Assembly (NCBI GenBank): GCA_000708835.1
Contig: DF237252.1
Span: 1-64,000, forward strand
Length of the DNA stretch: 64,000 nt
Direction: 5' to 3'
DNA from: Klebsormidium nitens
Taxonomy: Eukaryota; Plantae; Klebsormidiophyceae
The position numbers were made by a program, and so were the translations under genes. Positions 50,994 to 63,876 of this stretch are shown in pieces (within the stretch, counting starts at the first letter, position 1; each line of letters begins with the position of its first letter). The notes beneath the pieces were generated by a model. It had not been told where the DNA came from. It did no database searches and saw nothing but the letters and a program-made list of their open reading frames with translations.

Positions 50994-51580
50994 CACGTGT
51001 CGGCCCGCGGGCGGGATGCAGGTGTTACCCAGGTTACCAGGCCAGAACAGGGACTCCGACTCCCAGGGAGGGGCCCGATACGATACGGCGCCCAGCTGTG
51101 CGTTGGCTCGCGCCGGGTGCCCACTGCCGTGTCCCCGGTTCCATGAGAATCATATCTACCGTACCTACCTATCCTACGTGATATTACCTACCTATTTAAC
51201 AGGCAACAGTTCCCTATCCAGTGCACTTCCAGTCGTCCGATTGAGCAGCAGACGGCAATTACCGTCGATCGCATGCAATTTAATGCCCAAAACCTACTTG
51301 CCACGTGTCAGATTCTCTGCACTTGCCGCGTACCACGTGTCCACACGGACAAATATGTCAGTCGACGGTTGACGGTACTGTGACCTTGCGAGTACTGGCG
51401 TCCCATGAAACATGAGCCGTTTTTTCGGATGCGGTCACAGTACGGTAGGTGTGTGTCAGGTACCTTAGTACTGTAGCAGGTACCCACGTGACACACAGAA
51501 CCGTATCCAAGCAAGCCAGTACTACGTACCATTCTGACAGTAGGTACGTCCATGTAAGAATCATTTTGTCGTCAACCGAT
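50994..51580. promoter_or_regulatory. Dense cluster of GTAC cores and CACGTGTC (ABRE-like) boxes with several perfect inverted repeats, upstream of HK2
   Basis: GTAC at 51161, 51330, 51375, 51392, 51440, 51460, 51468, 51480, 51519, 51526 and 51544. CACGTGTC at 50994, 51302 and 51334; CACGTG at 51485. The motifs are seen directly; their function is not demonstrated. Confidence 0.35.
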
Positions 51581-52044
51581 TTTATTAGTGGCTCAGCCAA
51601 TTATGGTTCAGAATTCACGCGCGATCATACATGAAGGGAGATTTCCTTTATCCATACATACAATTTGCAATAGAAGATACGGTACATGCAATGTCTTGGA
51701 CGAAGCGCGAGCTCGAGCTCCTCTATCATTGTGTAAAGGTCTTGCAAAAGTCTGAAATTGGATCTCGAACCATGTAACATGTTATACAGATTCCAAATGA
51801 AGTTATACTGCTCCACAGGCCATTCTACTTTAAGCACTTGATTGATCATGCACTTTCGACTGAGTAACTCGATTTAAAGAGTACAACTCATGTGTTACAT
51901 TCAGTCTCGCACGTTGAAGAGCATGAGCAAGCAATGCATGTACAGGATGTGTGACATCACTATCCTCTGCACTATTGATCCAGGATGGGTGCGCAAATCC
52001 AGTGGCAAACCGATTATCGACCTGTAGGACTGTCCAGCTTTGTC

Positions 52045-55000
52045 CTATGACGCATCGCCTTTCCCTTTCTGAGCTATGCTGTCGTCCGACGCTGCAATAC
52101 TCTCAGCAGGAGGCACGACTTCCGTCTTATACTTGACAACTTTGCTGTAAATCATGGAGTAGCTATTGTCCCACTTCAACGTGTAGCTCCCGGCACCCAA
52201 CGAAAAGAAGTGGCCTTGGTGGGACTCGTAGCGGGTGTATGGCAGCATTGGCTGCAAGCACGGAAGTCAATCTTGGGACGTTCACAATGACCCATGAGGA
52301 ATGCCTTTCGCAGAATCTGAGCCGAGAGGAGTAAAGAACGTAGGTTTGAGAAACGAGGGGCAACCTAACCTTGCTGCAGACCTCAGGGGGTTCAGGCGAG
52401 CGGGTCTCACCATTTTCACCTTGTTCTCATCGGCGTAGTCCACACTGAACCCGACGTCCTGCGAAGAGGAGAAAGCACTTTCAGCATCCGGAGAACAATT
52501 CGGTGGATGAATCGACTTCAGACAGCCGCAAAGCGTACGGACACGGAATTCGTTTTTACACCCCATCATAGCCTCCTCATTCAGAAGCACTGAGTTGAAT
52601 CGGCCTTCAAAATCGGCTTTTAGAACTCCTAAACCAACAGGTGTCAACCTGAAAGGTCCTGATCGCTCTTACGTTTATGTGCGCTTGTCAGGCCCTTGGC
52701 ATTTGAAAACCAATTTGATTGAAGGAGGCTTCTCTCTTGCAGTTTAAAAACCAGGAGCCTCCATCAGACTCTCGGCGTGGCACACCTGCAATAGTCTAAA
52801 CCCTTCGCAAATACAATCATGTGGAAAGAAAGAGCACTCGCTCCATTCGAAAACGGTGCTTTTTAGAGATACGCTCGATTCTTACTCGCCGACCATCCAC
52901 GCTGAAGTCCCACGCGATCATGGTTCCCTCCCCTTCCGTGGCTAAGGTCACCTGCAAGAGCAAGGCAACAGGCGTCTCTCCCAGAACTTAAATCTGACCA
53001 TCTTGCAAGCAGATCATAGATCCACCTAACCATTTGGATCGACTATTTCACAGTTTTCCGTATTCTTCCCTGGAGTCTCGTGACTTGGGAACGACGGTAT
53101 GGAGCACCCGGCACGTCATCAACAGCTCATAGCAGATACGGTACTGACTTTACTATTCAAGGTTTGGGTTTTTAGGATGTTAAGACTCCTGAATCCGCAC
53201 TAAGGTGCTCGATCGATACAAACCGGGTGTCTCAACCAAAAGCGTCTCATCAAAATGTGTCGGTAGTCCCGCCCTCCGAACTGACCGCTTACTCGAACAC
53301 CAATCCGACTTACCTCAAAGGCTTCTCCCCTCGCAATAGTCCGTTCTTGGAACTCGTCCTTGACATCTTTCCTGCAACCGTCCAAAAGATAGCGTCAACA
53401 AGTGAGCATTATGGAGTTTCGATGCGTAATGAGAACATCTGGAAAACCCGTCTCAACCCGGGTGCAATGCTGACATAAGGAGGCAGTTTTTTGCTCAGCA
53501 AAACGACCAGACAGCTTCGAAAGTGCTCTCATGCTGCGAGTAGAGGGGACTTACCCGGGCTCGAGCGCCAACGCTTCTGATGCTTCGATCAGGAATGGCG
53601 ACTTGTCGAACACGTTCCTGCAGGAGCAAATTGCGGTGCCTAAACGAATATGGATAGCAAATTAGGAGCTCACAAGGAACAACTCGAAGGAAGGTGCCCT
53701 AGATACAATATGGATGGCATATGGTCGAAATTGCACCCGGTTCTCTGTAAGAAGACCTTGCACAGATCAGCTTATGTCGAGTCAAAGAAACGAAAGAACT
53801 CGAGCGGGACGTGGATAAGAGTAGATCAAGGGAAGTATGAGGACACGAAACGCTCTGCTTTGAAAGTCGGCAGTTTTCGTCACCTTTTCTGCCTGTGGTT
53901 GTATGGAAGGAGTGTGGAACATCAAATAGTACGGACCCTAGCACCGCTCTGACTTACCCGATGAAACAAAGAAACCGTTTCGTCTCGGAAATGTACAAGC
54001 TGGTCGCCTCCTGCAGTACCGCCTCAAACTCGCTCGACCGTCTGCGAGAAGAAGCAATCACCGTGACCTTGACAAATGCTGCTGGAAAAGAAATGACTTC
54101 GATTGAGCCTAGAAGCTCTGCAACCCGTCCGTTACGACCTGTCAAATGTCTTCTGCTGCTGTAAGAATTCGTATCAAGCAATGAAAATTTCCAGAGGGTA
54201 AGGCAAGGATGGCTCTGAGGGACTGGGCGACCATTGATCTGAGCCCTGAGGGAAGTAAAAAAATAACGCTTCGAAGACAACCAAGTACCGACGTGCAGAT
54301 CAAAGCTCTACAGGCCCCTTCCCCAACCTGCAGAAGATGCCAGTCTCTCGATAGTGGCCAGACTACTGACCCTTGTCTTGCAGAAAGACAAAGCAGGCAC
54401 CCAGCGGGATCGGATGATAGAAGGTCTTAAACAAAGATACATCATTGTGAAACTCAACAAAACTCCTCCTTGTTGGGAAACGCCGAAGCCTTCAAAGAAG
54501 CTGAGTCGTGCACAGAGGGTGATCTGATAAGCGCTTCTGCCTCACGAACAAACGCAACTCCTTCAACCTCGATGAAAAGCGAAAGCAAAAGCCAAAGCCC
54601 TCACCCAGCGGTCGAGTCGTGCACGCTCCACCACGCCGCAACAAACATCCGTATGTGGTTCACGAATGACGTCAGCTCGTACAGCGGCGGGCCATATCGC
54701 TCGCGCTGCTCCTCCATGGGGCCGTTGTGGTCGTTAATCTGGCGCACAAAGTCGAGCAGCACCTGGGGCACCCCGGCCAGGTACGTCACCAGCACGCGGA
54801 ACATGCCCGTCGCGTTCCCGAGAGCGGCCAGCGTCTTCCGCCTGTAAATCTAGGAGATTGCTGACGTCAGAAATGTCATGGTCGAGGCACGGTGAACAGG
54901 GGGGAAGAGGATAAGAAGCAGGCGAGTCTATAGAGTCCAAAATGCCGGTCGCGTTTCCGAGAGCGGCCAGCATTTCCGCCTGTAGGTCGTGGAAGCTGCC

Positions 55001-57972
55001 GGCGTTTGAATATAACTGACGCGAAATGCAGAGCCTGAAAAGAGGGGAAGAGGAAAAGAAACGGTCAATCTAAGAACTGCAATACGGTATCCGACATGCT
55101 GGTCGCGTTCCTGAGAGCAGCCAGTGTTTCCCGCATGTAGGTCGACGAAGTTGCTGACGTCAGCTTTGTTATGGCCGAGGCGAGATGGAGAGCATGAAAA
55201 GTTGAGAAATGAGGAAGAGAGAGGGGCGGCCGCCTCATGACTGCAGTACGGACTCCAACATGCCGATCATGTTCCCAAGAGCGGCCAGCGTCTTCCACCT
55301 GAGAACTGGGAAAGTTGCTGACGTCACGAACGTGATAGTCAAGCAAGTTATGTGCAGGAAGGAGGAAAGGAAGGGGCCCAGGGACTTGAAACAACAGTAG
55401 TGAGTCCACGGAGTCGAAAACAGGGGTACGGAACTTGTGGGTGGCGGGGCCCCAAGGGGCAGTCACTGTCTGCATAATGGATTTTCGCCTCTTATTCCAC
55501 CATCTCATGCTTTTCGAAGAAAGACGACTGCCAGAAGGCCATTACGAAGCACGAGCCAAATAATGCGGTGGAGAAGGTCCTCATGCCTGTGTAACATTGC
55601 AGCTCATTCAACTTTATGTCGGAGGCTAAAATGCGCCATAGCCTGCGATTGACCAGAAAGATCATGTGGGAGCTTTGGATGAAATGACCCATGCATCGCC
55701 GTAAAGGTATACCTCAAGGGCTGAAGCAATTTGCTTACCGCTCCATTTGTTGCCTCCAAAGCAGCTGGTACTTTTCCGAGATGCTGGCGCCTCCCTTCAC
55801 AAGCTCGTCCACCTCTAGTTGCCGCTTTGTCTCCGAGCGCTCCCGCTGCATCTGGATCAGCGTCCCCCTGAAGTCCTGAGGCATGAATGATGCAACTGCA
55901 AGAGTTACACGGCTGGGTGTGAGCAACTGACGTAAGTAATATAAACGGAACGCCCAAGGAAACGTAATGAGGCACGAAAGCGGCCCCTATCAAACTGCTG
56001 CTTTCAGACGGAAAAATCTGAAAGGCAGACTTCATTTCCCTCTAATTTGGCAACATTATCCCTCTTGCCAAAGGCAAAACTCATGTTGAATGTGTCCAAC
56101 GGTTGCCTTGAAATCTCGAAACAAGGCACACAGTACACAAACAATTGCAGATGACGCTCTTCCACAGTGCCTAAAAGAGAAATCAGGACGTCCTTTACAA
56201 GCACTTCTGAGGCACTGAGCCCTTTTGCGACAGGCCCTGCCAACTCTCAGCACAAGTGGTGAACAAAGACAGAAGAGGTGTCTTTCTTTGACCAACTCTT
56301 TGGTTACAGATTCTCACCCATCTTTGCAACTTTGTCAGCGGTATTCTTTTGGAACTGAGAGATGACGCCAAGGATGTCTTCAAGCTCTGCAACGACCTTC
56401 TCCACGGCTTCTTTCCCTGACTTGGTGGCTGGCGTGTCTGCTTTGTCCAACTGCAATCAAAGGTTTCATCATCACCATCAGTAGACATATTCGTCATACA
56501 TCATAAACTGCATTCAGGGACTGAACCTCTGCTCAGGGAGCAACCTCTAAATCAACTTGTAAGGAGCAGATAAGGGGAACAAGATGAGGAAGGTCACAGG
56601 ATACAGATTTTTAACTTCGGTAGGAGGAGTGGCAGGTGAAATATCCCAAAGCATAATCGAAACAGCACCACTACAAGAATAAAGGGGCGACTCCAGAATC
56701 AACAGGAGGTTACAAAGAATGTTTGACTCACCGCAGCGGGCTTCTTGTTTTTCAAAAGGTCAAGCGCCTCCTCAATCTGCTCGCGGTGCCGCCAGAGGTT
56801 CTCATCGATCTTGTGCGGAACGGTGATGGTCAACGAGGATGCCAGAGACATGTCATCTGCGGTCAAGGATGAGCACTGGAACTTAATGTCTGCCTAAAAT
56901 GAGCATCGCGTCTTCTGTCAACAGAATAAACCTCTCCGACGCCGACTCCTGCTGCAGGCTCTCAAGAGGTAGGCAACCCAAATCGAGCAGCTGGACCAGG
57001 CTCCTTGACTGCCAGGCAAAGTCAAGGAAGCGAACAAAGCTCTAAAACCCATACACATTTTGAGATAGGCATCATAGTATCAACAGCTGTCAGAATTGAA
57101 TTGGATTCTCCAGAACACAGATTGTGATGTTCACCACCCCAGGTCTCCATTGCTCCTTATACTGACCAGATCATGGGCCTTGCGTCCAGAAGTCAAGCTG
57201 GAACCAAAGACGGATGACCAGCACCCGGAGTAATCACTGCATGTTTTCCGGGTGGCCTGGAGAAACACCCCGCCCATGTCTCAAACACATTTTCAAACAT
57301 GCCCAAACTACTGATGAGCAGGAGTCTGAATCATCTCAAGCGCTTTAGTTTTGCATATACAAGTCAACAAGTTTGCTACTCCAGGAAAATATATCAAAAA
57401 ACAGGAGAGGCTCATCCTGGAGGCTCCAGACTTCACCCGTCCGACTGGAACAGACTCGGTGATCACAAGGTTGCCAATGAGGTATCCTGGTACCGACTTC
57501 TGTTAGATCTTCTGGATAGATCTTCTAGACCCAAAACTCTCAAAAATTGTGCATGCAAATTTGTTTCCAGCTCTTTCTTAACATTGACAGTTCCTTTCTA
57601 ATCAATTGTGGCGCTCAATGCTGACAAACGCTGTCTCAATACCCAATTCGATGAGATTAAGATTACACTCTCATACTTGCAGGGGCAACAAAGCTTTTGA
57701 CAACCACAGACAAACAAGGGCTAGGCCCCTGGCTTTCCTGCTCAGCGGTTTCTTAACCCGGGCATTGCCTTGCGCCGAGGACTCCATGATTCACATCCTT
57801 GCTTACCTGCACCCTGCTTTCTCCATTCAACCTCAAGTTCGTCTACCAAACCCTGAAGCCTCGCCTGCACCTTTTTAACATCCTCACTGATCGGCTCAAA
57901 GGGGTGCTGATCGTAAAACTTGCTCAGGAACGCCCTGGTTATTGGAACAAGGTTTGCAGTTGGTGCCGCCAT
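52045..57972 (-). CDS. Plant-type GOLD-domain protein (resembles the Arabidopsis At5g01010 family)
   Basis: Exons encode MAAPTANLVPITRAFLSKFYDQHPF, PHKIDENLWRHREQIEE, FMPQDFRGTLIQMQRERSE...LLWRQQMER|RKTLAALGNATG...GVPQVLLDFVRQINDHNGPMEEQRERYGPPLY and a C-terminal GOLD-like ...GSYTLKWDNSYS...KVVKYKTEVVPP. The family match is from recall, not from a search. Confidence 0.88.
54900..55345 (-). repeat. Three intronic degenerate copies of the GOLD-gene acceptor plus exon start (138, 155 and 164 bp spacing)
   Basis: The real site is ttacag|gcggaagacgctggccgctctcgggaacgcgac (exon starts 54841). Copies have acceptor-equivalent positions near 54980, 55135 (AG mutated to AT) and 55299. They still translate in part as MLAALGNATG and ETLAALRNATSM. 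Confidence 0.9.
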
Positions 57973-58242
57973 CACATGCAAGAATGGTGCAGACACAAAA
58001 CCCCGTTTCTTCCAGGGAATGCTGCAAGATCCTATGGCCGCCCTCCGCCCCGCAAATTGCTTCTTCACTTCTCCACAAGAATGCCAAAGCTCTATATTAG
58101 ACTCGTCCGAGAGACAGCGCCTTCACGCTGATTGTAAATCAGCAACAGCAATGCAAAGCGAGAGATCTGATGCGCCTTCGGTGTCACATATGCTGGCCCT
58201 TTGCGCATATTCAGCCCGGAAATTTTGCCCCGGAAAAGTGGC

Positions 58243-58251
58243 AAACCCTAA
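58243..58251 (+). promoter_or_regulatory. Possible telo-box (AAACCCTAA) in the divergent GOLD/F-box intergenic region
   Basis: A single exact motif between head-to-head start codons 57972 and 58815. It could occur by chance. Confidence 0.25.
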
Positions 58252-58814
58252 AACTGAGCGCACTCGAAGTTGCGTTAGGCAAATTCTGGTTGCGGTGGGG
58301 AAAGCCACCGTGCTTGTCCCCTGGGCAAAGGTTGGCAGTGGGTCGCGCCTCTCCATGCGGGAAGAAAGTGACCGGTAGGCTCAAAAAGGAGCGTTTTCGC
58401 AGTTTACCCCTCTGTCCGGGAAGAAGCACAAAGCGCAGCAGAGGAGTGTGACGCGGATCAGGAAGTCAGGGCTGCAACAACGATTGAAAGATTGCAGGGA
58501 GAGCCTCCAACCTGGGCCCTGAAAACTAGACTCTAGAGTTGTCCTTGACAAGGGGGAAGCCTTTTCGGCGGGTGGTTGATACTGCGCAAACCTGCTTTGG
58601 TCAGGACGATGCGGGGTGCATGAGAAGAGAAAAGTTGGTTTTTCTGAACGGGAGCAGTCAGCGCGGCGCTTTATTCTCGTGCAAGCAGAGTTTACAAACA
58701 GTCACAGGCAGTGTGGGCTCTTAGCGCCCTTACTGTCCCTGGTCGCAGGAAATACTTTTTTTTCAGGATATAGTCGCATCTTCAGAAGTTCTTCCCAGGA
58801 CAAAGGCAGAAAAA

Positions 58815-61800
58815 ATGGATCCAATGGAGGTGGAGCAAAGTACGGAGGCTGTGGATCAGGTGGCAAGCATTCCAGACGACGTCGTAATCCGCATCCTGTC
58901 CTCACTCAAGGTAGGGCTGTCCCCAACCATTTGTTTTTGCCGCTCTTCCACTGAAGCAAAGGGTTTTTTAGCAAGCGCTAGTTCAATTGTTATGTACCTT
59001 CAAAACACTCCTGCGAGGTCAGATTGCAATAATGCATGTGGTGCTTCAGATCGGTGGACCAGAATTCTTTCAGCTTGAGCGCACCCCTTGTGCTTAGGCA
59101 TGTCTTTTCAGTTGTCGTCCTATCAGGGTTCTTGCGTACTTAGCTAAGGCAGGTTGGCCTTTGCCTCTTGGTCTTTTGTGGAACTTGCACAACCTGCAGT
59201 GGACAATTTGGACAACACTGGGTCAGCGTTCGGAGACGTTCATTGTCAAGTTCCACGAGAATCTCAGTCTGTGGAGGTTTGTGGATATGAGAGAAGGAAG
59301 TTTTGTGCTCAGTGAAGGCTAGATTAGCCTCAAAGCCTAAGCATATCCATGCGCTTCAGAGTACGGAGTTCACAAAGTACTCTAGTCAACCCTAAGAGGG
59401 GTCCGTGTCTCTCAGCTCTTTGCTGTTCAATACCCAGAAATGGAGACTCATCTGATTAGCACAGATTGGGCTTATCAGAGAAGCAAGGACGGATCAACGT
59501 GAGGCAGTTTTGGCCCTATAGTCGACTTTGAACAAAAGGATCTGCTTCACTTGAGCTGCTCAATAAGATTGAAGTAGCAATGACATCTTTGACTGCCGTG
59601 GTCGTACATTCCGTTGGATCGGCGGACACGATTTTGGTTTACTTTTTGAACGGCAGTGCGCATGGTTGGTGCCTCTCTTTGAGTGTTGCAGTGACTGAAA
59701 TCAGCTCAACTTGGATCAGTGAAGGGAATCCATTCTAAATGGGCCACACACAACAAGCGTCCTCCGAAAACATACTGAGCTGATGTCTGCCGTGATCACA
59801 GTACCTCGCTCAAGCTTCTGGTTAGTTACGTCGAATCCTGCTGTAAAATGTCATTGTGCAACCCTTTTGGTATGTTCAAGTCACCCAATTTCCTAAAGAA
59901 AGACGTTGCCTTTTGTTCCTTGCAGGACGCGCGCCTAGTTGCCAAGTGCTCGCTGGTCAGCAAGCGGTGGCAGCAGATGTGCGCGCGCGTGCAGACGCTC
60001 CACTTCTACAGCGGCCTCTTCAAGGGGCACAACGACTATGAGGAGATTGTTGGGAAGATGGTCCTCAAGACCTGCGAGCTGCGGAGCCTGCAGGTGGGTG
60101 TGCTTTGACGTCTCGCTCTCTAGCTCCGCTTATGGGCACCATTATTGCTGAAGGAGATTGGGGATGGCAACTTGCAGAGAGAATGGCAGTGGCAGGGTGA
60201 AGACGGGATTCTGCTCGAAGTACTCTTGGACCTTGAGATTGGTCTGAACTCGGACGTCCTTTTTTTCTTCGTTGATATGGTAGTTCTTCATGATAGTGTT
60301 TAATTGTGTCCTGTTGTACTCACCATCCTCGATCTCCTTGAAACCATTGGCAAGAGGACGTCGGATTCTATGGGGATTCTGCTCTGCCAGGCCTAAGTAG
60401 CGTCGGCCTGTGGCAAAGATTACGCCAGGCTTGTTCATGGTCTGTGAGCATCTGATGTTAGTCAGTTGGGGGCACATTCCTTTTTTTCGAATTAAGTCTC
60501 ACATTTTGGAATTTGACCTTCTGGAGCTCACAAGAAAGCTCACCCTTCCTCAAGTCCTCCGTTGAAACAAGCTTCAGCTCTCCCAGTCCTCCCGTAGCTG
60601 TCGTACTCAAGGCACCCTTAATTCAAGGCCAGATTCTCGGCGAACAGCACTTCAGGGCTCTTGTTTCTATTTATCACGGCACCTTAGGTCACCCGTATGT
60701 AAGTATTGCCGTATGAGACCCGCCACGTTTGTGGCCGACAGCAAGCCAAACTCCTTTGATGTTCGTTAGCAAGCCTCAGCCTAAGCTATGACGAACATCT
60801 AGTCGGAAAGAGCCCCACGTTCCATAAGAGCCCGACATTTAAAACAACTTTGAAGCCTTGAGACCAGTTTCCCCCAACAACCCGCGTTGCACTAAGATTC
60901 CCGCACAGATGCCAGTGATCCCCATCATGACTCGCTCTAGTGAGAGCTTCTTCATGCGCATTTTTGTTAAGTATCTTCTGCGGAAAGACCTGACGTCCTG
61001 CAAAAGCTGACGTTCTAAGAAAACCACAATGGGGGGAACAAGCTTGACGCCTTTGCAACGCTCGTTCCCAACAGGTCGCATTGCGCCAGGACTGTTGCAC
61101 AGAGTTTGTCCCTTATTCTCTTGACTCTTCCTATCTGATCATAACTTTTGGTGGAGACGTGTTTCATATGCACCTACTCTAGGTGCATATGAATCACAAG
61201 ATTTGCTGGACGATTGCAATCAGCTGTTATTCGGGAGAACCCTGACGGTAACCCCAAGCTTTCAGAGACAGCCTAACGTTCGAGAGAGTAGCCTTGACAC
61301 CTCGCACATAATTCCCGCAGGTCGCGTTGCACCAGGACCGCCACACGATGGCCGACGGCAACCGGCCGCGCGGCATCAGCGACGGGGAGCTTTTCAGATG
61401 GCTGGACCACACGGCCCCCCACCTCGAAAACTTCTACATCTCCGATCTCGGCGACGGACTCCCCGAAGCGAAGCTCTGGACGGGGCGCTTCGCGCGCCTC
61501 GCGACGTGCACCATGCTCAAAACCCTCGTTTTGAGCAACTCCGAGATTACGCACGCGCCCGGGTTCGATGCTCCCCCCCTCAGCCGGCTGAAGTCGCTGA
61601 CCCTGTATGGGGTCGTGTGCGGGGCCGACTCGGCGGAACGGGTGCTCGGGTTATGTCCCCGGTTGGAGAAGTTACTGATAACGGGGTGTCTGGGCGTGAC
61701 GAGTTTGAGGATCTCCAACCCGCACTTGACGACGTTCGCGCTGAAAGAGCCCCCGACGCCGGTTAGCAGCATAACCCTGCGGACGCCGGCGCTAACCAGG

Positions 61801-63876
61801 TTGAGCTTGGAGCAGGTCGCGGGGGTGAGCCTCGAGGCGGGGCGCGCACTGACCAAGCTGCACCTGCGCTCGGACCACTCCATCGTGCTCAACTTGCAGA
61901 ACACCGGGAATCTGCAGGTGGGTTGAAGCGGGCCTGGAAATCTTTCTTGGTGTTATGTGTATTGTGGCTTTGAGCTGAAGGTCCTGAAAATTGTGGCAAG
62001 GGCTGTGACTGGGACAGCATTCAGCAGTTGCTCTATGCTAACCCCAGGGTTAAGAACCTGATTATAACCGCAATCACACCTTTACACCTTAACATTTTCA
62101 GCCCAGTTATGCTCGATTCTGACGTGAGATTAACCCGGTTCTTGACCTCTTTTCCAGGACCTCAAAATCGTGGGCAAGGGTTGGGACTGGGACAGCATCC
62201 AGCAGCTGCTGTACGCTAACCCCAAGGTTAAGAACGTCGCCTTCTACATCAAGTGCCGGGACCAGATCCACGCCAACGGAGTCCCCGTTGAGCCCGTCCG
62301 GCTCGACCGCTTCTTCTACACGCTGCAGGTGCGGGGCCTTGCTTTGCTTGTGTTTATGAGGCTCTTCCTTCTTCTCTTCTTCGTGGTATGGATCAGGGGC
62401 TGGCTTATGGCTGCTATCAGTTTAGCCATATGCTATGGTCGGTTGTTTAGCTGGCACGTTGGCTGTTCGCGCGGGTACCGCATTCCCTTCCTGAAGTCAT
62501 GTCTTTTGCTGAACGGGCTGGATGTTCTCTTGGGCGTAGCCCGCTGCCTTCGGATGCTGCGCGTTTCGTATTGATCCATCTTTCTTGCACGATGCCCACA
62601 ATACAGGTACCGGTGTACGTCCGTCATGCCTCTTCTCTCCGTCCTTCTCCTTTCCTTCCCAACATCGTGATGGATCAGCATTCTTGGGGGCAAGATTGCC
62701 AGTGCTATCTCCTTTCCTTAGGAGGTCCGGAAGAAAACTTCCTGTCCTCCTGCGGAAGGACCGCATCCTGGGATGCTGCTATGTTACTTTCCTTTATCTT
62801 TTGTTCTCCTCTTTTTCAACATTCCGGTCTTGAATGGTAGAACAAGACGCAAAATATGCTCGTCTGCTCGCGAAGACCTGACTGGGGCGGATTTGGGTCG
62901 TTTGTTTCCTTGCCTCTCAAGGGTCTGGTGACTTGGCCTTTTGTGTGGACCCAAATCATTTCATCTTCGTTCCGCAGGAGGTGCGCAAGATGGAGATCGG
63001 CGCGGAGCTGATGTGGGTGCTGTCGGCGGGGCGGCTAGACGCGGCCACGATCGCGGAGGCGAACCCGGTGTGGATGCCCAAGGTGCAGGAGATCAAGCTG
63101 GGGGCCGTCAAGGCCAAGGCAGTCTACATTGACGTCCTCGCCGCGCTGCTCAAGTGAGACTTTGCTCTATCTCGTAGATGATTTTGATTGACATCTCACT
63201 TTTGTCCCATTGTTGCTCCAAGCAGTTTCAGAACCTTTTCTCCTCCCCGGAAATTGTGGTCATCATTTTTCCGCCAGGTTCTTGCAGGTTGGCCACCTCT
63301 GTATCTGTTTCATCCCACTCTTTCAACCAGGACCCACGATTGGGCTCTCCTGACATTCATTTTATCCCCCTCCCCGCAATCTCTCCCGTTCAACCGGTCC
63401 TCCAACCGGGCCACTCCCGGCGCTCACTCCTTTCCTCTTCGTGCAGCCAGTCCCCTTCCCACCAGAATGGAGAACTGGCCAACCTTGAACCTGATTTTGC
63501 CCTGCTTAATAAAGTGTCCTTCGACCGGCCATTTCTGACACCTATTCTCCCGCCCTCCTTTGCAGCCAGTTCCCCTTTTAAAATGAAATTGAGAACCGGC
63601 CACCCCTGACCCTCGTTTTGTCCCGCCCTGCTTCCATTTCTTTTCCGGTCACTCCAACCGGGCACTCCTGGCACTCATTTTCTCCCCCCCCCTCCCCGCA
63701 GCCGGTGCCCCGAGCTGAAGCGCGTGGTGGTGGACACGAGCCAGCTGAAGAAGAGCAGCTGGAATTGCTCCACCTTCTTCTCCGACGTCCTGCGGCTGCA
63801 GCGCGCGCACCCCGCCACCGACATCAAGATCAACATGCCCGACCTGTTTGTGCCCCCCAAGGGCCGAGAACAGTGA
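58815..63876 (+). CDS. F-box/LRR (RNI-like) protein, ~460 aa
   Basis: Exons 58815-58910, 59926-60093, 61321-61917, 62158-62328, 62978-63153 and 63702-63876 join in frame. F-box: IPDDVVIRILSSLKDARLVAKCSLVSKRW. LRR-like segments follow (LKTLVL, LKSLTL, LEKLLITGC, LTRLSL, LKRVVVD). Confidence 0.88.
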
